Source: Thermoplasmata archaeon
GTDB lineage: Archaea; Thermoplasmatota; Thermoplasmata; UBA10834
DNA: 50,906 nt
Assembly (NCBI GenBank): GCA_020696395.1
Contig: JAEHCN010000002.1
Span: forward strand, 1 to 50,906
Direction of reading: 5' to 3'
The notes beneath the pieces are model-generated. The model was not told the origin of the DNA. It saw only the letters and a list, made by a program, of their open reading frames with translations, and did not search any database. A program made the translations under genes and the position numbers. Shown here one piece after another: positions 28,300 through 38,001 of the stretch; positions within the stretch are counted from its first letter, which is position 1; the number at the start of each line of letters is the position of its first letter.

Positions 28300-29535
28300 A
28301 TGGTCTCCTACGAGATAAGATGCATCGAATGTGGACAGGTACACGAGACGGATAGGCCTGCCTATGCATGCTCCTCGTGCGGTGACCTTCTGGAAGCCGT
28401 AATCGACGAAGACGAGGCGGCTCAACTGCTCGAAGAGAACGAATACGACAGCCGGCCGCTGTCGGTCTGGAGATACCGTGAGGCCATCCCAGTCGAGGAG
28501 GAGACGCGCGTGGTCTCCCTGATGGAAGGGGGAACCCCCCTCATCCGGTGTAGGCGGCTGGAGGAGGAGCTCGGGGTGAAGAACCTCTGGATCAAGTTCG
28601 AGGGCACCAACCCGACTGGCTCCTTCAAGGACAGGGGCATGACCGTCGGAGTGACGAAGGCCCTGGAGCTCGGCATGAAGGTCGTGACGTGCGCCTCGAC
28701 CGGGAACACGTCGGCGTCCCTCGCCGCGTATGCAGCACTCGCGGACCTTGACTGCGTGGTATTGATACCCGAAGGGAAGATCGCTCTCGGGAAGCTGGCC
28801 CAGGCGATGATGCACGGAGCGGACGTGCTGGCCATAAAGGGCAACTTCGACCAGGCAATGGACCTGGTCATGAGGGCGTCCGATGACCTCGGCATGTATG
28901 TCCTCAACTCGGTCAACCCGTTCAGGATAGAAGGGCAGAAGACCGCAGCCTACGAGATCTGCGACCAGCTCGGGGGCACGACCCCCGAGGTCCTGTACAT
29001 CCCGGTCGGAAACGGGGGCAACTCCTCAGCATACTGGAAGGGGTTCAAGGAGTACGACACGATGGACATGGTCTCCGGCTGCCCGTCCATAAGGGGTGTG
29101 CAGGCGGATGGAGCAGCGCCGATAGCTGCGATGTTCGAGGAAAACAGCACGGAGCTGACGCCCGTGGAGACGCCGGACACCGTCGCCACAGCCATCCGGA
29201 TAGGCAACCCTGCGAACTGGACCAAGACGGTGAGGGCGCTCAGGGAATCGGGCGGGGCCGCGTTCTCCGTCCCCGATGAGGAGATACTCGAAGCGCAGAA
29301 GTTCATGGCGCGTCTAGAGGGCATATTCCCTGAACCTGCCGGAGCCGCTGCGCTCGCGGGCCTGATGAGAGACCTCGAGGAGGACCTCGTCGACCGGTCG
29401 TCGCTCATAGTCTGCGTCTCGACGGGACACGGCCTCAAAGACCCGGATACCGCCATATCCCAGAGCGTGAGACCCAGGGCGATAGACCCGACGATGGAGG
29501 CGCTCTCCAGAGTACTCGGAGGTCCGAAGGAATGA
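28300..29535 (+). CDS. thrC: Threonine synthase
   Basis: N-terminal CxxC..CxxC, EGGTPL, NPTGSFKDRG (PLP Lys), CASTGNTSAS, PVGNGGN and TGHGLKD. Confidence 0.95.
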   Translation: MVSYEIRCIECGQVHETDRPAYACSSCGDLLEAVIDEDEAAQLLEENEYDSRPLSVWRYREAIPVEEETRVVSLMEGGTPLIRCRRLEEELGVKNLWIKFEGTNPTGSFKDRGMTVGVTKALELGMKVVTCASTGNTSASLAAYAALADLDCVVLIPEGKIALGKLAQAMMHGADVLAIKGNFDQAMDLVMRASDDLGMYVLNSVNPFRIEGQKTAAYEICDQLGGTTPEVLYIPVGNGGNSSAYWKGFKEYDTMDMVSGCPSIRGVQADGAAPIAAMFEENSTELTPVETPDTVATAIRIGNPANWTKTVRALRESGGAAFSVPDEEILEAQKFMARLEGIFPEPAGAAALAGLMRDLEEDLVDRSSLIVCVSTGHGLKDPDTAISQSVRPRAIDPTMEALSRVLGGPKE

Positions 29536-30548
29536 GGGTCGTACTTATCGGCTTCGGCGTCGTCTCGCGCAGCTTCGCGGAGATAATCCATACCCAAGCG
29601 AGCGGCCTCACCAGGGATTACGGCCTGCGTCCCAGGGTGGTGGGCATCGTCGACAGCAGGGGGGCCGCGACCTCCGCAGACGGCATCGACATCCAGACGG
29701 CCCTGAAGTCGAAGGAGGCGACAGGTACGCTCGAGGAGCTGGGGCCGAACATCTACACGGAGGGCAAGGGCGCCCTCGACGTCATAAGGGAGGTCGACTG
29801 CGAAGTCGTCGTCGAGGCGACCCCCAGCGAGTTGACGACGGGAGAGCCTGGGCTGAGCCATGTCCGCACCGCGATGAAGGAGGGCAGACATGTCATCTGC
29901 GTGAACAAGGGCCCTCTGGCGCTCGCCATGCCGGCATTGATGGAGCTGGCCAACCACAACGACATCAAGTTCAAGTTCAGTGGCACGGTAGGAGGGGGGA
30001 CACCGGTCCTCGACCTCGCCAAGAAGTGCCTCGAGGGATGCACCATAAACTCGATCAAGGGTATCCTCAACGGGACATGCAACTACATACTCACCAAGAT
30101 GACCTCGGAGGGCGTCGAGATGAAGGACGCGCTCGCGGAGGCTCAGAGGCTCGGATACGCGGAGGCGGATCCCACGGCGGACGTGGACGGCTTCGACAGC
30201 GCGTGCAAGCTCGTGATCACTTCGAACTACGTGTTGGGCACGTCCCTGTCGGTCAAGGATGTGGACATAACGGGTATCACCGGCGTGACGAAAGAGGACA
30301 TCGCAGCTGCTGAGGCGGACGCGAAGGCCATGAAGCTGATAGGCTTCGTCGGAGACAGGGCCAGGGTGGCCCCTGAGCTGGTGCCTGTCACGCACCCGCT
30401 AAACGTATCAGGAACTTTCAACGCCATCACATTCGATACGGATCCCGCAGGAGAGATAACGCTGGTCGGCAAGGGGGCGGGCGGCAGGGAGACGGCGAGC
30501 TCCGTACTGCGCGACCTGATCGAGATCAGGAAGGATTTCACAAGATAG
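29532..30548 (+). CDS. hom: Homoserine dehydrogenase
   Basis: IGFGVV, NKGPLA, TVGGGTP, GILNGTCNYIL, GYAEADP and GKGAGGRETAS. Confidence 0.95.
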   Translation: MRVVLIGFGVVSRSFAEIIHTQASGLTRDYGLRPRVVGIVDSRGAATSADGIDIQTALKSKEATGTLEELGPNIYTEGKGALDVIREVDCEVVVEATPSELTTGEPGLSHVRTAMKEGRHVICVNKGPLALAMPALMELANHNDIKFKFSGTVGGGTPVLDLAKKCLEGCTINSIKGILNGTCNYILTKMTSEGVEMKDALAEAQRLGYAEADPTADVDGFDSACKLVITSNYVLGTSLSVKDVDITGITGVTKEDIAAAEADAKAMKLIGFVGDRARVAPELVPVTHPLNVSGTFNAITFDTDPAGEITLVGKGAGGRETASSVLRDLIEIRKDFTR

Positions 30549-30581
30549 AGAGGCGATGTCTGAGGACCCAGGTGCTGGACA

Positions 30582-31991
30582 ATGAAGATAGTCATGAAAT
30601 TCGGCGGTGTGAGCGTGGCTGACGGCGAGAGCATGAGGAACGTCGGCAAGATAGTCGAGAGATTCCGAGCCGAAGGAAACGATGTCGTCGTAGTGACATC
30701 TGCCATGTTCAACGTGACGAACTCCCTCCTGGACGCCGCCACAAGAGCGGGGAAGGGGCAGAGGGAGCACGTCCTCAAGTTCGTCGAGGACACAAGGGCG
30801 AGGCACATCCAAAGCGCGAGGACTGCGATGAGCGACAAGAATGTGCTCGAAAGGACGATCCAGGCCGTCGAGTCCAAGTGCGATGATCTGAAGAACATTC
30901 TACTCGGTATCGCCCACATCGGAGAGCTCACGCCCAGGTCAAAGGACTTCGTCGTCGGGTTCGGCGAGAGATTCTCCGCGCCGATACTCCAGGGGGTCCT
31001 TGAGGACCAGGGGATGAAGGCGAAGGCCTTGACCGGAGGGGAGGCCGGGATAATCACGGACGACCACTTCGGCTGGGCTGAGCCGCTGATGAATGTGACG
31101 ACCCTCGAGGTACGGCAGGTGATAGACCCGCTCGTCGAGAAGGGAGTCGTTCCGGTCGTGGGCGGGTTCATCGCCGCCACGCAGGACGGCACACACACGA
31201 CCCTCGGACGAGGAGGCTCGGACTTCACTGCGTCCATCATAGGCGCGGCGATACGGGCCGACGAGGTATGGGTCTGGAAGGATGTCGAGGGGCTCATGAC
31301 CGCGAACCCGGCGATTGTGAAGGACGCGCGCATGATTGACAGGATCTCCTTCTCCGAGGCGATGGAGCTCGCGCACTTCGGCGCCCAGGTGATACACCCG
31401 AAGGCCCTGGAGAGCGCTGGTAGGTTCCAGCTGCCGTTCCGAGTCAAGAGCTTGTCGAACGCAGACGGCCCCGGGACACTCATAGTGAAGGAGGTCAAGG
31501 TGAAGGACGGCAACGTCGTGAAGGCGATAACGAACATCGACGATGTCGACCTCATCACGGTCAGCGGCGCGAGCATGGTGGGCACCCCGCGGCTGGCCGC
31601 GAGAGTGCTGGAGATCCTCACGGACGAGGACATCGACGTGCTGATGATATCGCAGAGCTCCTCCGAGGAGAGCATCACCCTCGCCATACCGAAGACCGAC
31701 GGTTCCAAGGCCCAGAACGCCCTCGAACTATCCCTTCTGGGGTCCAAGCAGGTGCGGGAGGTGTCTATCGAGGCCGGCCTGAGCATCCTGGCCGTCGTCG
31801 GAGCCGGGATGAGGGGCACGCCTGGGGTGGCCGCTCGCGTGTTCGGGACGATGGCAGCCAACGATGTCAACATACGTGCGATAGCCCAGGGATCATCCGA
31901 GCTGAACATATCGTTCATAATCCGAAAGCAGGACGCGCCGAAGGCGATAACCGCCCTTCACGCAGACTTCAAGCTGGGAGAGTGCGCCTGA
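30582..31991 (+). CDS. lysC: Aspartate kinase
   Basis: VMKFGGVSV, GERFSA, TTLGRGGSDFTA, DVEGLMTANP, two ACT domains and QGSSELNIS. Confidence 0.93.
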   Translation: MKIVMKFGGVSVADGESMRNVGKIVERFRAEGNDVVVVTSAMFNVTNSLLDAATRAGKGQREHVLKFVEDTRARHIQSARTAMSDKNVLERTIQAVESKCDDLKNILLGIAHIGELTPRSKDFVVGFGERFSAPILQGVLEDQGMKAKALTGGEAGIITDDHFGWAEPLMNVTTLEVRQVIDPLVEKGVVPVVGGFIAATQDGTHTTLGRGGSDFTASIIGAAIRADEVWVWKDVEGLMTANPAIVKDARMIDRISFSEAMELAHFGAQVIHPKALESAGRFQLPFRVKSLSNADGPGTLIVKEVKVKDGNVVKAITNIDDVDLITVSGASMVGTPRLAARVLEILTDEDIDVLMISQSSSEESITLAIPKTDGSKAQNALELSLLGSKQVREVSIEAGLSILAVVGAGMRGTPGVAARVFGTMAANDVNIRAIAQGSSELNISFIIRKQDAPKAITALHADFKLGECA

Positions 31992-33671
31992 ATGGCGAAA
32001 GGCAGGCCGATCCTCAGGAGCGAGGCGATGAAGAAAGGCGAGTCCAGGGCGGCCGCACGCGGCCTTCTCCGGGCGACCGGTTTCGAGGATGATGACTTCG
32101 ACAGGCCGCTCATCGCAGTCGCCAACTCGTTCAACACGATCGTACCAGGGCACATCCACATGGGCCCGCTCGTCGCGGAGGTCAAGCGCGGGATAGAGGA
32201 TGCGGGCGGAAAGGCGTTCGAGTTCGGAATCCCCGGGATATGCGACGGGATCGCCATGGGACTTCCTGGCATGAGGTACTCGCTGCCGTCGCGTGAGATC
32301 GTGGCCGACGCCACAGAGGCGATGGTGGAGGCGCATGTCGCAGATGGCTGGGTCGGCGTCACGAACTGCGACAAGATAACTCCTGGCATGCTGATGGCGT
32401 GCGGCAGGATGGACGTCCCCTCGGTCATGCTCACGGCAGGCCCCATGATGCCGGGTGAATACAAGGGGCGAAGGCTCGACGTCATATCGATATTCGAGGC
32501 GGTCGGGGAGCTCGCCGCGGGACGCATAGACGATGACGATTTCAGAGAGATAGAGAGACGGGCGTGTCCAGGTGCGGGCTCGTGCGCCGGACTGTTCACT
32601 GCGAACACGATGGCATGCATGACGGAGGCGCTCGGGCTGAGCGTCCCGGGCTGCGCGACCAGCCACGCCCTGACGGAGACGAAGAGGGAGATGGCGTACG
32701 AGACCGGTAAGCTGGCAGTCGAACTGGTCCGTAAGGGCACTCGGCCGAGGGACATCGTCGACGAGAAGAGCTTCGAGAACGCCGTGAGGGTCGACAACGC
32801 GATCGGCGGCTCGACCAATACATGCCTCCACCTCATCGCGATAGCCAAGGAGTTCGGGGTCGCCCTCGACCTGGATGTGTTCGACAAGGTCTCGCGGGTG
32901 ACGAAGCACATAGTGGCCCTGCGGCCGGGTGGAGAGCATTTCATGATAGACCTTGACGAAGCGGGAGGCATACCTGGCGTCCTGCACGTACTGATGCCCG
33001 CGTTGCACGACGCGAAAACCGTGACGGGCAAGAGCATACTGCGGATCGCCGAGGAGGCGAAGGTCGCGGAGAGCAACGTGATAAGGAGCCTGGACAACGC
33101 CTACCACGAGGAGGGAGGCATCGCGGCGCTCAGAGGAAGCCTCGCAGAAGAAGGATGCGTCGTCAAGCAGTCGGCTGTGGTCGCATCCATGCGACGTTTC
33201 GAGGGGCCTGCAAGAGCGTTCGACTCCGAGGACGATGCGACGAAGGCGATGCTGGCGGGAGAGATAATGAAAGGCGACGCAGTGGTCATAAGGTATCAAG
33301 GTCCGAAGGGCGCTCCGGGGATGCCGGAGATGCTCGGACCGACGTCGATCCTCACGGGCCTCGGCCTGGGCGAATCGGTCGCGCTCGTCACGGACGGACG
33401 TTTCTCGGGTGGCACGAGAGGCCTCTGCGTCGGCCACGTCTCCCCTGAGGCGTACGTCGGCGGGGCGCTGGCAGCTCTGCGGGACGGGGACATCATAAGG
33501 ATCGACCTCGACGCAAGAGACATCGACGTCCTGATATCCGAGAGGGAGATCAAGGCGAGGCTGAAGGAGCGGAGGATGCCGGAGCAGAAGGTCGGCGGGT
33601 ACTTGCGGAGATACAGGGACCAGGTGTCGTCAGCCAGCCTCGGGGCCGTGCTGCAGACCAGCAGCAGATGA
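31992..33671 (+). CDS. ilvD: Dihydroxy-acid dehydratase
   Basis: [42 protein letters not shown] and [18 protein letters not shown]. Confidence 0.96.
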   Translation: MAKGRPILRSEAMKKGESRAAARGLLRATGFEDDDFDRPLIAVANSFNTIVPGHIHMGPLVAEVKRGIEDAGGKAFEFGIPGICDGIAMGLPGMRYSLPSREIVADATEAMVEAHVADGWVGVTNCDKITPGMLMACGRMDVPSVMLTAGPMMPGEYKGRRLDVISIFEAVGELAAGRIDDDDFREIERRACPGAGSCAGLFTANTMACMTEALGLSVPGCATSHALTETKREMAYETGKLAVELVRKGTRPRDIVDEKSFENAVRVDNAIGGSTNTCLHLIAIAKEFGVALDLDVFDKVSRVTKHIVALRPGGEHFMIDLDEAGGIPGVLHVLMPALHDAKTVTGKSILRIAEEAKVAESNVIRSLDNAYHEEGGIAALRGSLAEEGCVVKQSAVVASMRRFEGPARAFDSEDDATKAMLAGEIMKGDAVVIRYQGPKGAPGMPEMLGPTSILTGLGLGESVALVTDGRFSGGTRGLCVGHVSPEAYVGGALAALRDGDIIRIDLDARDIDVLISEREIKARLKERRMPEQKVGGYLRRYRDQVSSASLGAVLQTSSR

Positions 33672-33791
33672 ACCGCGCCAGAGAAGGGTTTGCGCGAGAG
33701 TCGTTAGAGAGGAACTTCTAAGCTGCAGCAAGTAAAGTACTTGGACGTGGGATTCGTTCCACCTCTGAGGGTGATTGGGGAGTGTTGATTC

Positions 33792-35147
33792 GTGATCGAT
33801 CTTGAGCACTTGATCGTGACTGGCGCCCCGAGGTTTATCGGATTGGCACTCATCGCCTACTCGCTCTTCCTCATTTACCGTGTCAGAGTGCGATTCTTCG
33901 CGGTCATCAGAGGCCTGGTCGTCGTATCCTTCGTCATCACGATCATGCTCCTATGGATATTCGAGACGGCCTGGTTGCTTACCGGAGGCGAGGACCGTGT
34001 CCACGACCCGATCATCGGAATATGCTTTGTGGTCGTGACATCCTGGCTGTCGGTCTGGGCCGTGGCTGTCACGACGAGATATCGAACACAGTTCACCACG
34101 TCGGCGTTCAGGGAGTGGATGGCCGCCAAGCCTGTCAACTTGGTGACCGTCTGGGGAGCGACGGGGCTTCTGGTGCTCGTCATGGGGATGGTCATCGGCC
34201 CTGTCGGAGAGAAAGACCTCGGGGCGGATGGCTGGTTCCTGGCAGTCGTCCTCGGATACCTCCTCACATCCATCGCCCTCGATGTGGCCATGCCGATTTC
34301 CGCCAAGAGGAGAGGGAACCTCAGAAGGCTAAACCACAAGGAGAGGCTGGGCTTGGCTCTGCTGGTAGGCTCATGGATCGGAATTCCATCCTTAGAGTAC
34401 TTCTTCCACCTGTACTACAGGCACGCCGGAGACGTGATCTACGACTACGCTTACTCGTGGATGATGTTCGCGATGTTCGTCTTCCTCCTGAAATCGGTCA
34501 CGACCCGCAGCTTCAGCGCGCTGGTCGTCGACGCCGAGGTAGAAATGACGGAGCGTGGCGGGTTCAGGTCGTACGACATACCCCGAGGGGTTTACCTATA
34601 CGAGGACGAAGACAGCAGGTCAGCGACCGACCTGTTCGCCGAACTGGTCACCCTGCCCCTCCGGCCCGATGTCGCGATACCGGAGAAGGATAGCGGTACA
34701 TCGGACACCCTCGCGTTCCTCATACCGAAAGGGCTGATGGTGACGAGAGTCTTCCCGGAGCGCATAAGGGAGGAGTATCACCTCAAGGTTACCCCCATAA
34801 TCTGGCTGACTGAGTCTACTGGCGACAGGAGGATCCCTCCCACGAGCATCGCGCTCCTGACGGACGCGCTGATCCGGTTCATGGAAGGCAACCCGAACAG
34901 CATAGTCCTCGTCGACGGTGTGGAGTACCTGCTCACGTTCAACGACTTCAACAGGGTGCTCAGATCGTTGGACGCGCTCAACGAGACGACATGGATAACC
35001 CGGTCCAGACTGATAATCTCGGTCAACCCCGAGGCCTTCGACTCCCAACAGATCGCGATGCTCGAGCGGGATCGGATAGTCATCGTTGGAGGGGAAGGGC
35101 TCGAGGAACTGAAGAATTCATCTCGGAAGCTCGCCCGGCAGCAGTAG
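33792..35147 (+). CDS. Multi-pass membrane protein with a C-terminal DUF835 domain
   Basis: About 7 hydrophobic helices followed by GVYLYE, GLMVTRVFPE, PIIWLT, IPPT and VLVDGVEYLLTFN. Confidence 0.85.
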   Translation: MIDLEHLIVTGAPRFIGLALIAYSLFLIYRVRVRFFAVIRGLVVVSFVITIMLLWIFETAWLLTGGEDRVHDPIIGICFVVVTSWLSVWAVAVTTRYRTQFTTSAFREWMAAKPVNLVTVWGATGLLVLVMGMVIGPVGEKDLGADGWFLAVVLGYLLTSIALDVAMPISAKRRGNLRRLNHKERLGLALLVGSWIGIPSLEYFFHLYYRHAGDVIYDYAYSWMMFAMFVFLLKSVTTRSFSALVVDAEVEMTERGGFRSYDIPRGVYLYEDEDSRSATDLFAELVTLPLRPDVAIPEKDSGTSDTLAFLIPKGLMVTRVFPERIREEYHLKVTPIIWLTESTGDRRIPPTSIALLTDALIRFMEGNPNSIVLVDGVEYLLTFNDFNRVLRSLDALNETTWITRSRLIISVNPEAFDSQQIAMLERDRIVIVGGEGLEELKNSSRKLARQQ

Positions 35148-35162
35148 TGGGAGGCGCCCATC

Positions 35163-36014
35163 CTACCCGTCGTTCTCCATCCATCCGCTCGCCTTCTTGT
35201 ATGAGCCGAGGACTTTCACGAACGCACCAGACTTGAGAAGGCCGCCGACCGCTGCGTGGCAGCCCGGGTCATCCATGCTCCCGTCGAAATCCGCGTAGAA
35301 CACGTAGACCCAAGCCTTGTTCCTGCGGGGCCGAGACTCCAGTTTGGTGAGATTGATGCCCCTCGAAGCCAGCTCGCCCATGGCCCTGTGCAAGGCTCCA
35401 GGGACATTCTTCGTCGCGAACACGATGGACGTCTTGTCCGCGTCCGGGACGGGCGCGGGGTTCTTCTCGAGCACGAAGAAACGTGTGTAGTTGAAAGTCT
35501 CACTCTGGATGTCCTCCTTGAGAATCTCCAGGCCGTACACGCTCGCTGCGCGTCTACTGGCTATCGCCGCCTGATCGAGGCGCTTGGACTCGGAGACGGC
35601 CCTGGCACTGCCGGCAGTGTCGTAGGTCGGAATCACGTGCCAGTCAGGGCGGCTCTGGAGGAACTTGCGGCACTGTCCGAGCGCCTGGGGATGGCTCAAG
35701 ACCTCCTTGATCGATGCGAGGTCCGCGCCCGGGCTCACCATGAGGCAGTGCTTCACAGGCACTATCACCTCTCCAGATACTGTCAGGTCGTGGTCGAGGA
35801 GAAGGTCGTTCACCTGGGTCACGCTGCCCTCCAAGGAGTTCTCGACGGGGACGATGGCATGCGTGGCGGTATCCTGCTCAACGGCCTCGAAAGTCGTCTT
35901 GAAGTCAGGATGCGGTTCCGTGCGCACGTCGTTCCTGAAGTATCTGAAGCAAGCATCCTCGGAATACGCCCCTCTCTCGCCCTGGAAGGCCACTACCAGA
36001 TTATCTCTCTCCAA
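35163..36014 (-). CDS. pheA: Prephenate dehydratase
   Basis: VAFQGERGAYSE, VPVENSLEGSV, SHPQALGQC, NYTRF and NLTKLESRP. TTG 36014 is the likely start (the ORF is open to 36125). Confidence 0.93.
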   Translation of the reverse strand: MERDNLVVAFQGERGAYSEDACFRYFRNDVRTEPHPDFKTTFEAVEQDTATHAIVPVENSLEGSVTQVNDLLLDHDLTVSGEVIVPVKHCLMVSPGADLASIKEVLSHPQALGQCRKFLQSRPDWHVIPTYDTAGSARAVSESKRLDQAAIASRRAASVYGLEILKEDIQSETFNYTRFFVLEKNPAPVPDADKTSIVFATKNVPGALHRAMGELASRGINLTKLESRPRRNKAWVYVFYADFDGSMDDPGCHAAVGGLLKSGAFVKVLGSYKKASGWMENDG

Positions 36015-36136
36015 TGTAATCGCTCGGCGTACATCTACGTGCCTATTTCTACCCTTCCCAAGAGAAATCGGGACCAGCAGCACGGGACGATGTACAGAAC
36101 TGTCCAGCAGATTGGGGCGTTCCATGAATATTCATC

Positions 36137-36151
36137 CGCAAAGATTTATAC
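36137..36151 (+). promoter_or_regulatory. BRE/TATA promoter of the leu operon
   Basis: cgcaaaga-TTTATA-c. The expected start near 36172-36175 is followed by the hairpin GGTCATCCC-tcaa-GGGATTGGCC. Confidence 0.6.
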
Positions 36152-36219
36152 TGGTTTAGGCCATCCCCGACTTGGTCATCCCTCAAGGGATTGGCCGCAC
36201 CGCATTGGAGAGAGGAAGA

Positions 36220-36282
36220 ATGGCACACGGATCCACAGGTCTGCTGTTTCTGCTGCCCTTGGGGCTTATTCTTCTAGCCTGA
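36220..36282 (+). CDS. Putative Leu-rich leader peptide MAHGSTGLLFLLPLGLILLA
   Basis: ATG preceded by GGAGAGAGG; 8 Leu in the last 13 codons; the stop is 35 nt upstream of the leuA ATG. Confidence 0.6.
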   Translation: MAHGSTGLLFLLPLGLILLA

Positions 36283-36317
36283 GTGCTGTGCATTGCTGAA
36301 TTCTGGGGAGTGTTCCG

Positions 36318-37958
36318 ATGTCGACACAAACTCCGAGTGGGAGTGCTGGACAAATAGGTGATGGCGGCTTCAAGATCCCCGACACGGGGGTCTTTGTTAG
36401 TGAATACAATAAGAAGATTCTCGAGGCCACGAGGATGCCCAAGAGGGTCAAGATACTCGATACGACCCTCAGGGACGGCGAGCAGACGCCCAATGTGGCT
36501 CTGTCGTTAGACGACAAGCTGAAGATCGCGCAGGCGCTGGACGAGCTCGGGGTGGACATCATAGAGGCCGGCTTCCCCATCAACTCCGAGGGAGAGGCAG
36601 AGGCAGTGAAGAAGATCGCCGGCGCGGGCCTGCGGAGCGAGATATGCGCCCTGTGCAGGGCGAACAAGGTGGACATCGACGCCGCGATCGCGGGAGATGT
36701 GGATTCGGTCCACATATTCCTCGCGACTTCCGAGGTGCATCTCGAGAAGAAGCTCAAGATATCGAAGGAGGAGGCCGTCCGGAAGGCCGTCGAGGCGGTC
36801 CAGTACGCCAAGGAGCACGGGCTCATAGCGGAGTTCAGCTGTGAGGACGCGACGCGGACTAGCCTTGAGTTCCTCGACGAGGTCCACAGCAGCATCGAGA
36901 GCGCCGGCGTCGACAGGATAGACATACCGGACACCGTCGGCGTCATGACCCCAGCGGCCATGATGCAGTTCGTCTCCGAGATCAGGAAGAAGACCAAGGT
37001 ACCCCTCGCAGTCCACTGCCACGACGACTTCGGGTTGTCTGTCGCCAACTCGCTCGCGGGAGTGCGCGGAGGCGCCGGAGAGGTCCATGTGACCATGAAC
37101 GGCCTGGGCGAGCGGGCGGGCAACGCGGCCCTCGAAGAGGTCGTCATGGCTCTCCAGGCATTCTACGGCATCTCCACGTCGGTCAACACGCGCAAGCTGG
37201 CCTTCGTGTCGAGGCTGGTCTCACAGCTCACCGGGGTCCAAGTACAGCCGAACAAGGCCATCGTCGGCGAGAACGCGTTCTCGCACGAGGCAGGGATACA
37301 TGTCCATGGCATACTCAGCGAATCCTCCACGTACGAGCCGATGCGACCGGAGATAGTCGGGAAGGAGCGGAGCATAGTCATGGGCAAGCACTCGGGCGCC
37401 CATGCGGTCGAGAGCAGGCTGAAGGAGTACGGCCTCTCGCTGGAGAAAGAGCAGCTCAAAGAGCTCGTCAAGAAGGTGAAGAAGTACGCGGAATCAGGCA
37501 AGAGGCTGGACGACGCCGAGCTCTTCGCCTTGGCGTACGACATCCTCGGCCAGGAGACCGAGCCGGTCATCAAGCTGGAGGAGTTCACCGTGTTCACAGG
37601 CCTCAACTTCACGCCGACCGCCACGGTCGTGATGAACATCGACGGAGAAGTCAGGCGGGCGTCCGAGACGGGCGTGGGACCGATCGACGCAAGCCTCGCC
37701 GCGATGAGGAGCGTGGTCTCTAAGAACATCGTGCTCAAGCAATACAGACTCGAGGCCATAACGGGCGGGTCGAACGCGCTCTGCGAGGTCACCGTCAAGC
37801 TCGGCGACTCCGAGAACACTGGCTTGATCTCCCTCGGGAGGAGCGTGGGATCGGACATCGTGACGACCAGCGTGGACGCGACCGTAGAAGCGTTGAACAG
37901 GCTCTGGGTCTGCAAGCTGAGTGCTGGCGGCAAGGACAACCGTAGAAAGGCTTACTGA
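36318..37958 (+). CDS. leuA: 2-isopropylmalate synthase (citramalate synthase not excluded)
   Basis: DTTLRDGEQ, IIEAGFP, HCHDDFG, GLGERAGNA, HEAGIH and a C-terminal regulatory domain (GVGPIDA). Followed by leuC, leuD and leuB. Confidence 0.88.
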   Translation: MSTQTPSGSAGQIGDGGFKIPDTGVFVSEYNKKILEATRMPKRVKILDTTLRDGEQTPNVALSLDDKLKIAQALDELGVDIIEAGFPINSEGEAEAVKKIAGAGLRSEICALCRANKVDIDAAIAGDVDSVHIFLATSEVHLEKKLKISKEEAVRKAVEAVQYAKEHGLIAEFSCEDATRTSLEFLDEVHSSIESAGVDRIDIPDTVGVMTPAAMMQFVSEIRKKTKVPLAVHCHDDFGLSVANSLAGVRGGAGEVHVTMNGLGERAGNAALEEVVMALQAFYGISTSVNTRKLAFVSRLVSQLTGVQVQPNKAIVGENAFSHEAGIHVHGILSESSTYEPMRPEIVGKERSIVMGKHSGAHAVESRLKEYGLSLEKEQLKELVKKVKKYAESGKRLDDAELFALAYDILGQETEPVIKLEEFTVFTGLNFTPTATVVMNIDGEVRRASETGVGPIDASLAAMRSVVSKNIVLKQYRLEAITGGSNALCEVTVKLGDSENTGLISLGRSVGSDIVTTSVDATVEALNRLWVCKLSAGGKDNRRKAY

Positions 37959-38001
37959 TACGTGAACCGTTTCAGGGCTGAAGCATAGAGTGTGAGTTCA
38001 G

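Noticed and set aside
28950..33437. Long antisense ORFs (28950..30395, 30227..31918, 31893..33437 and similar ones elsewhere, such as 11001..12437 and 19594..20580)
   Set aside because: These are shadow frames of well-supported genes in GC-rich DNA, with no recognisable motifs.
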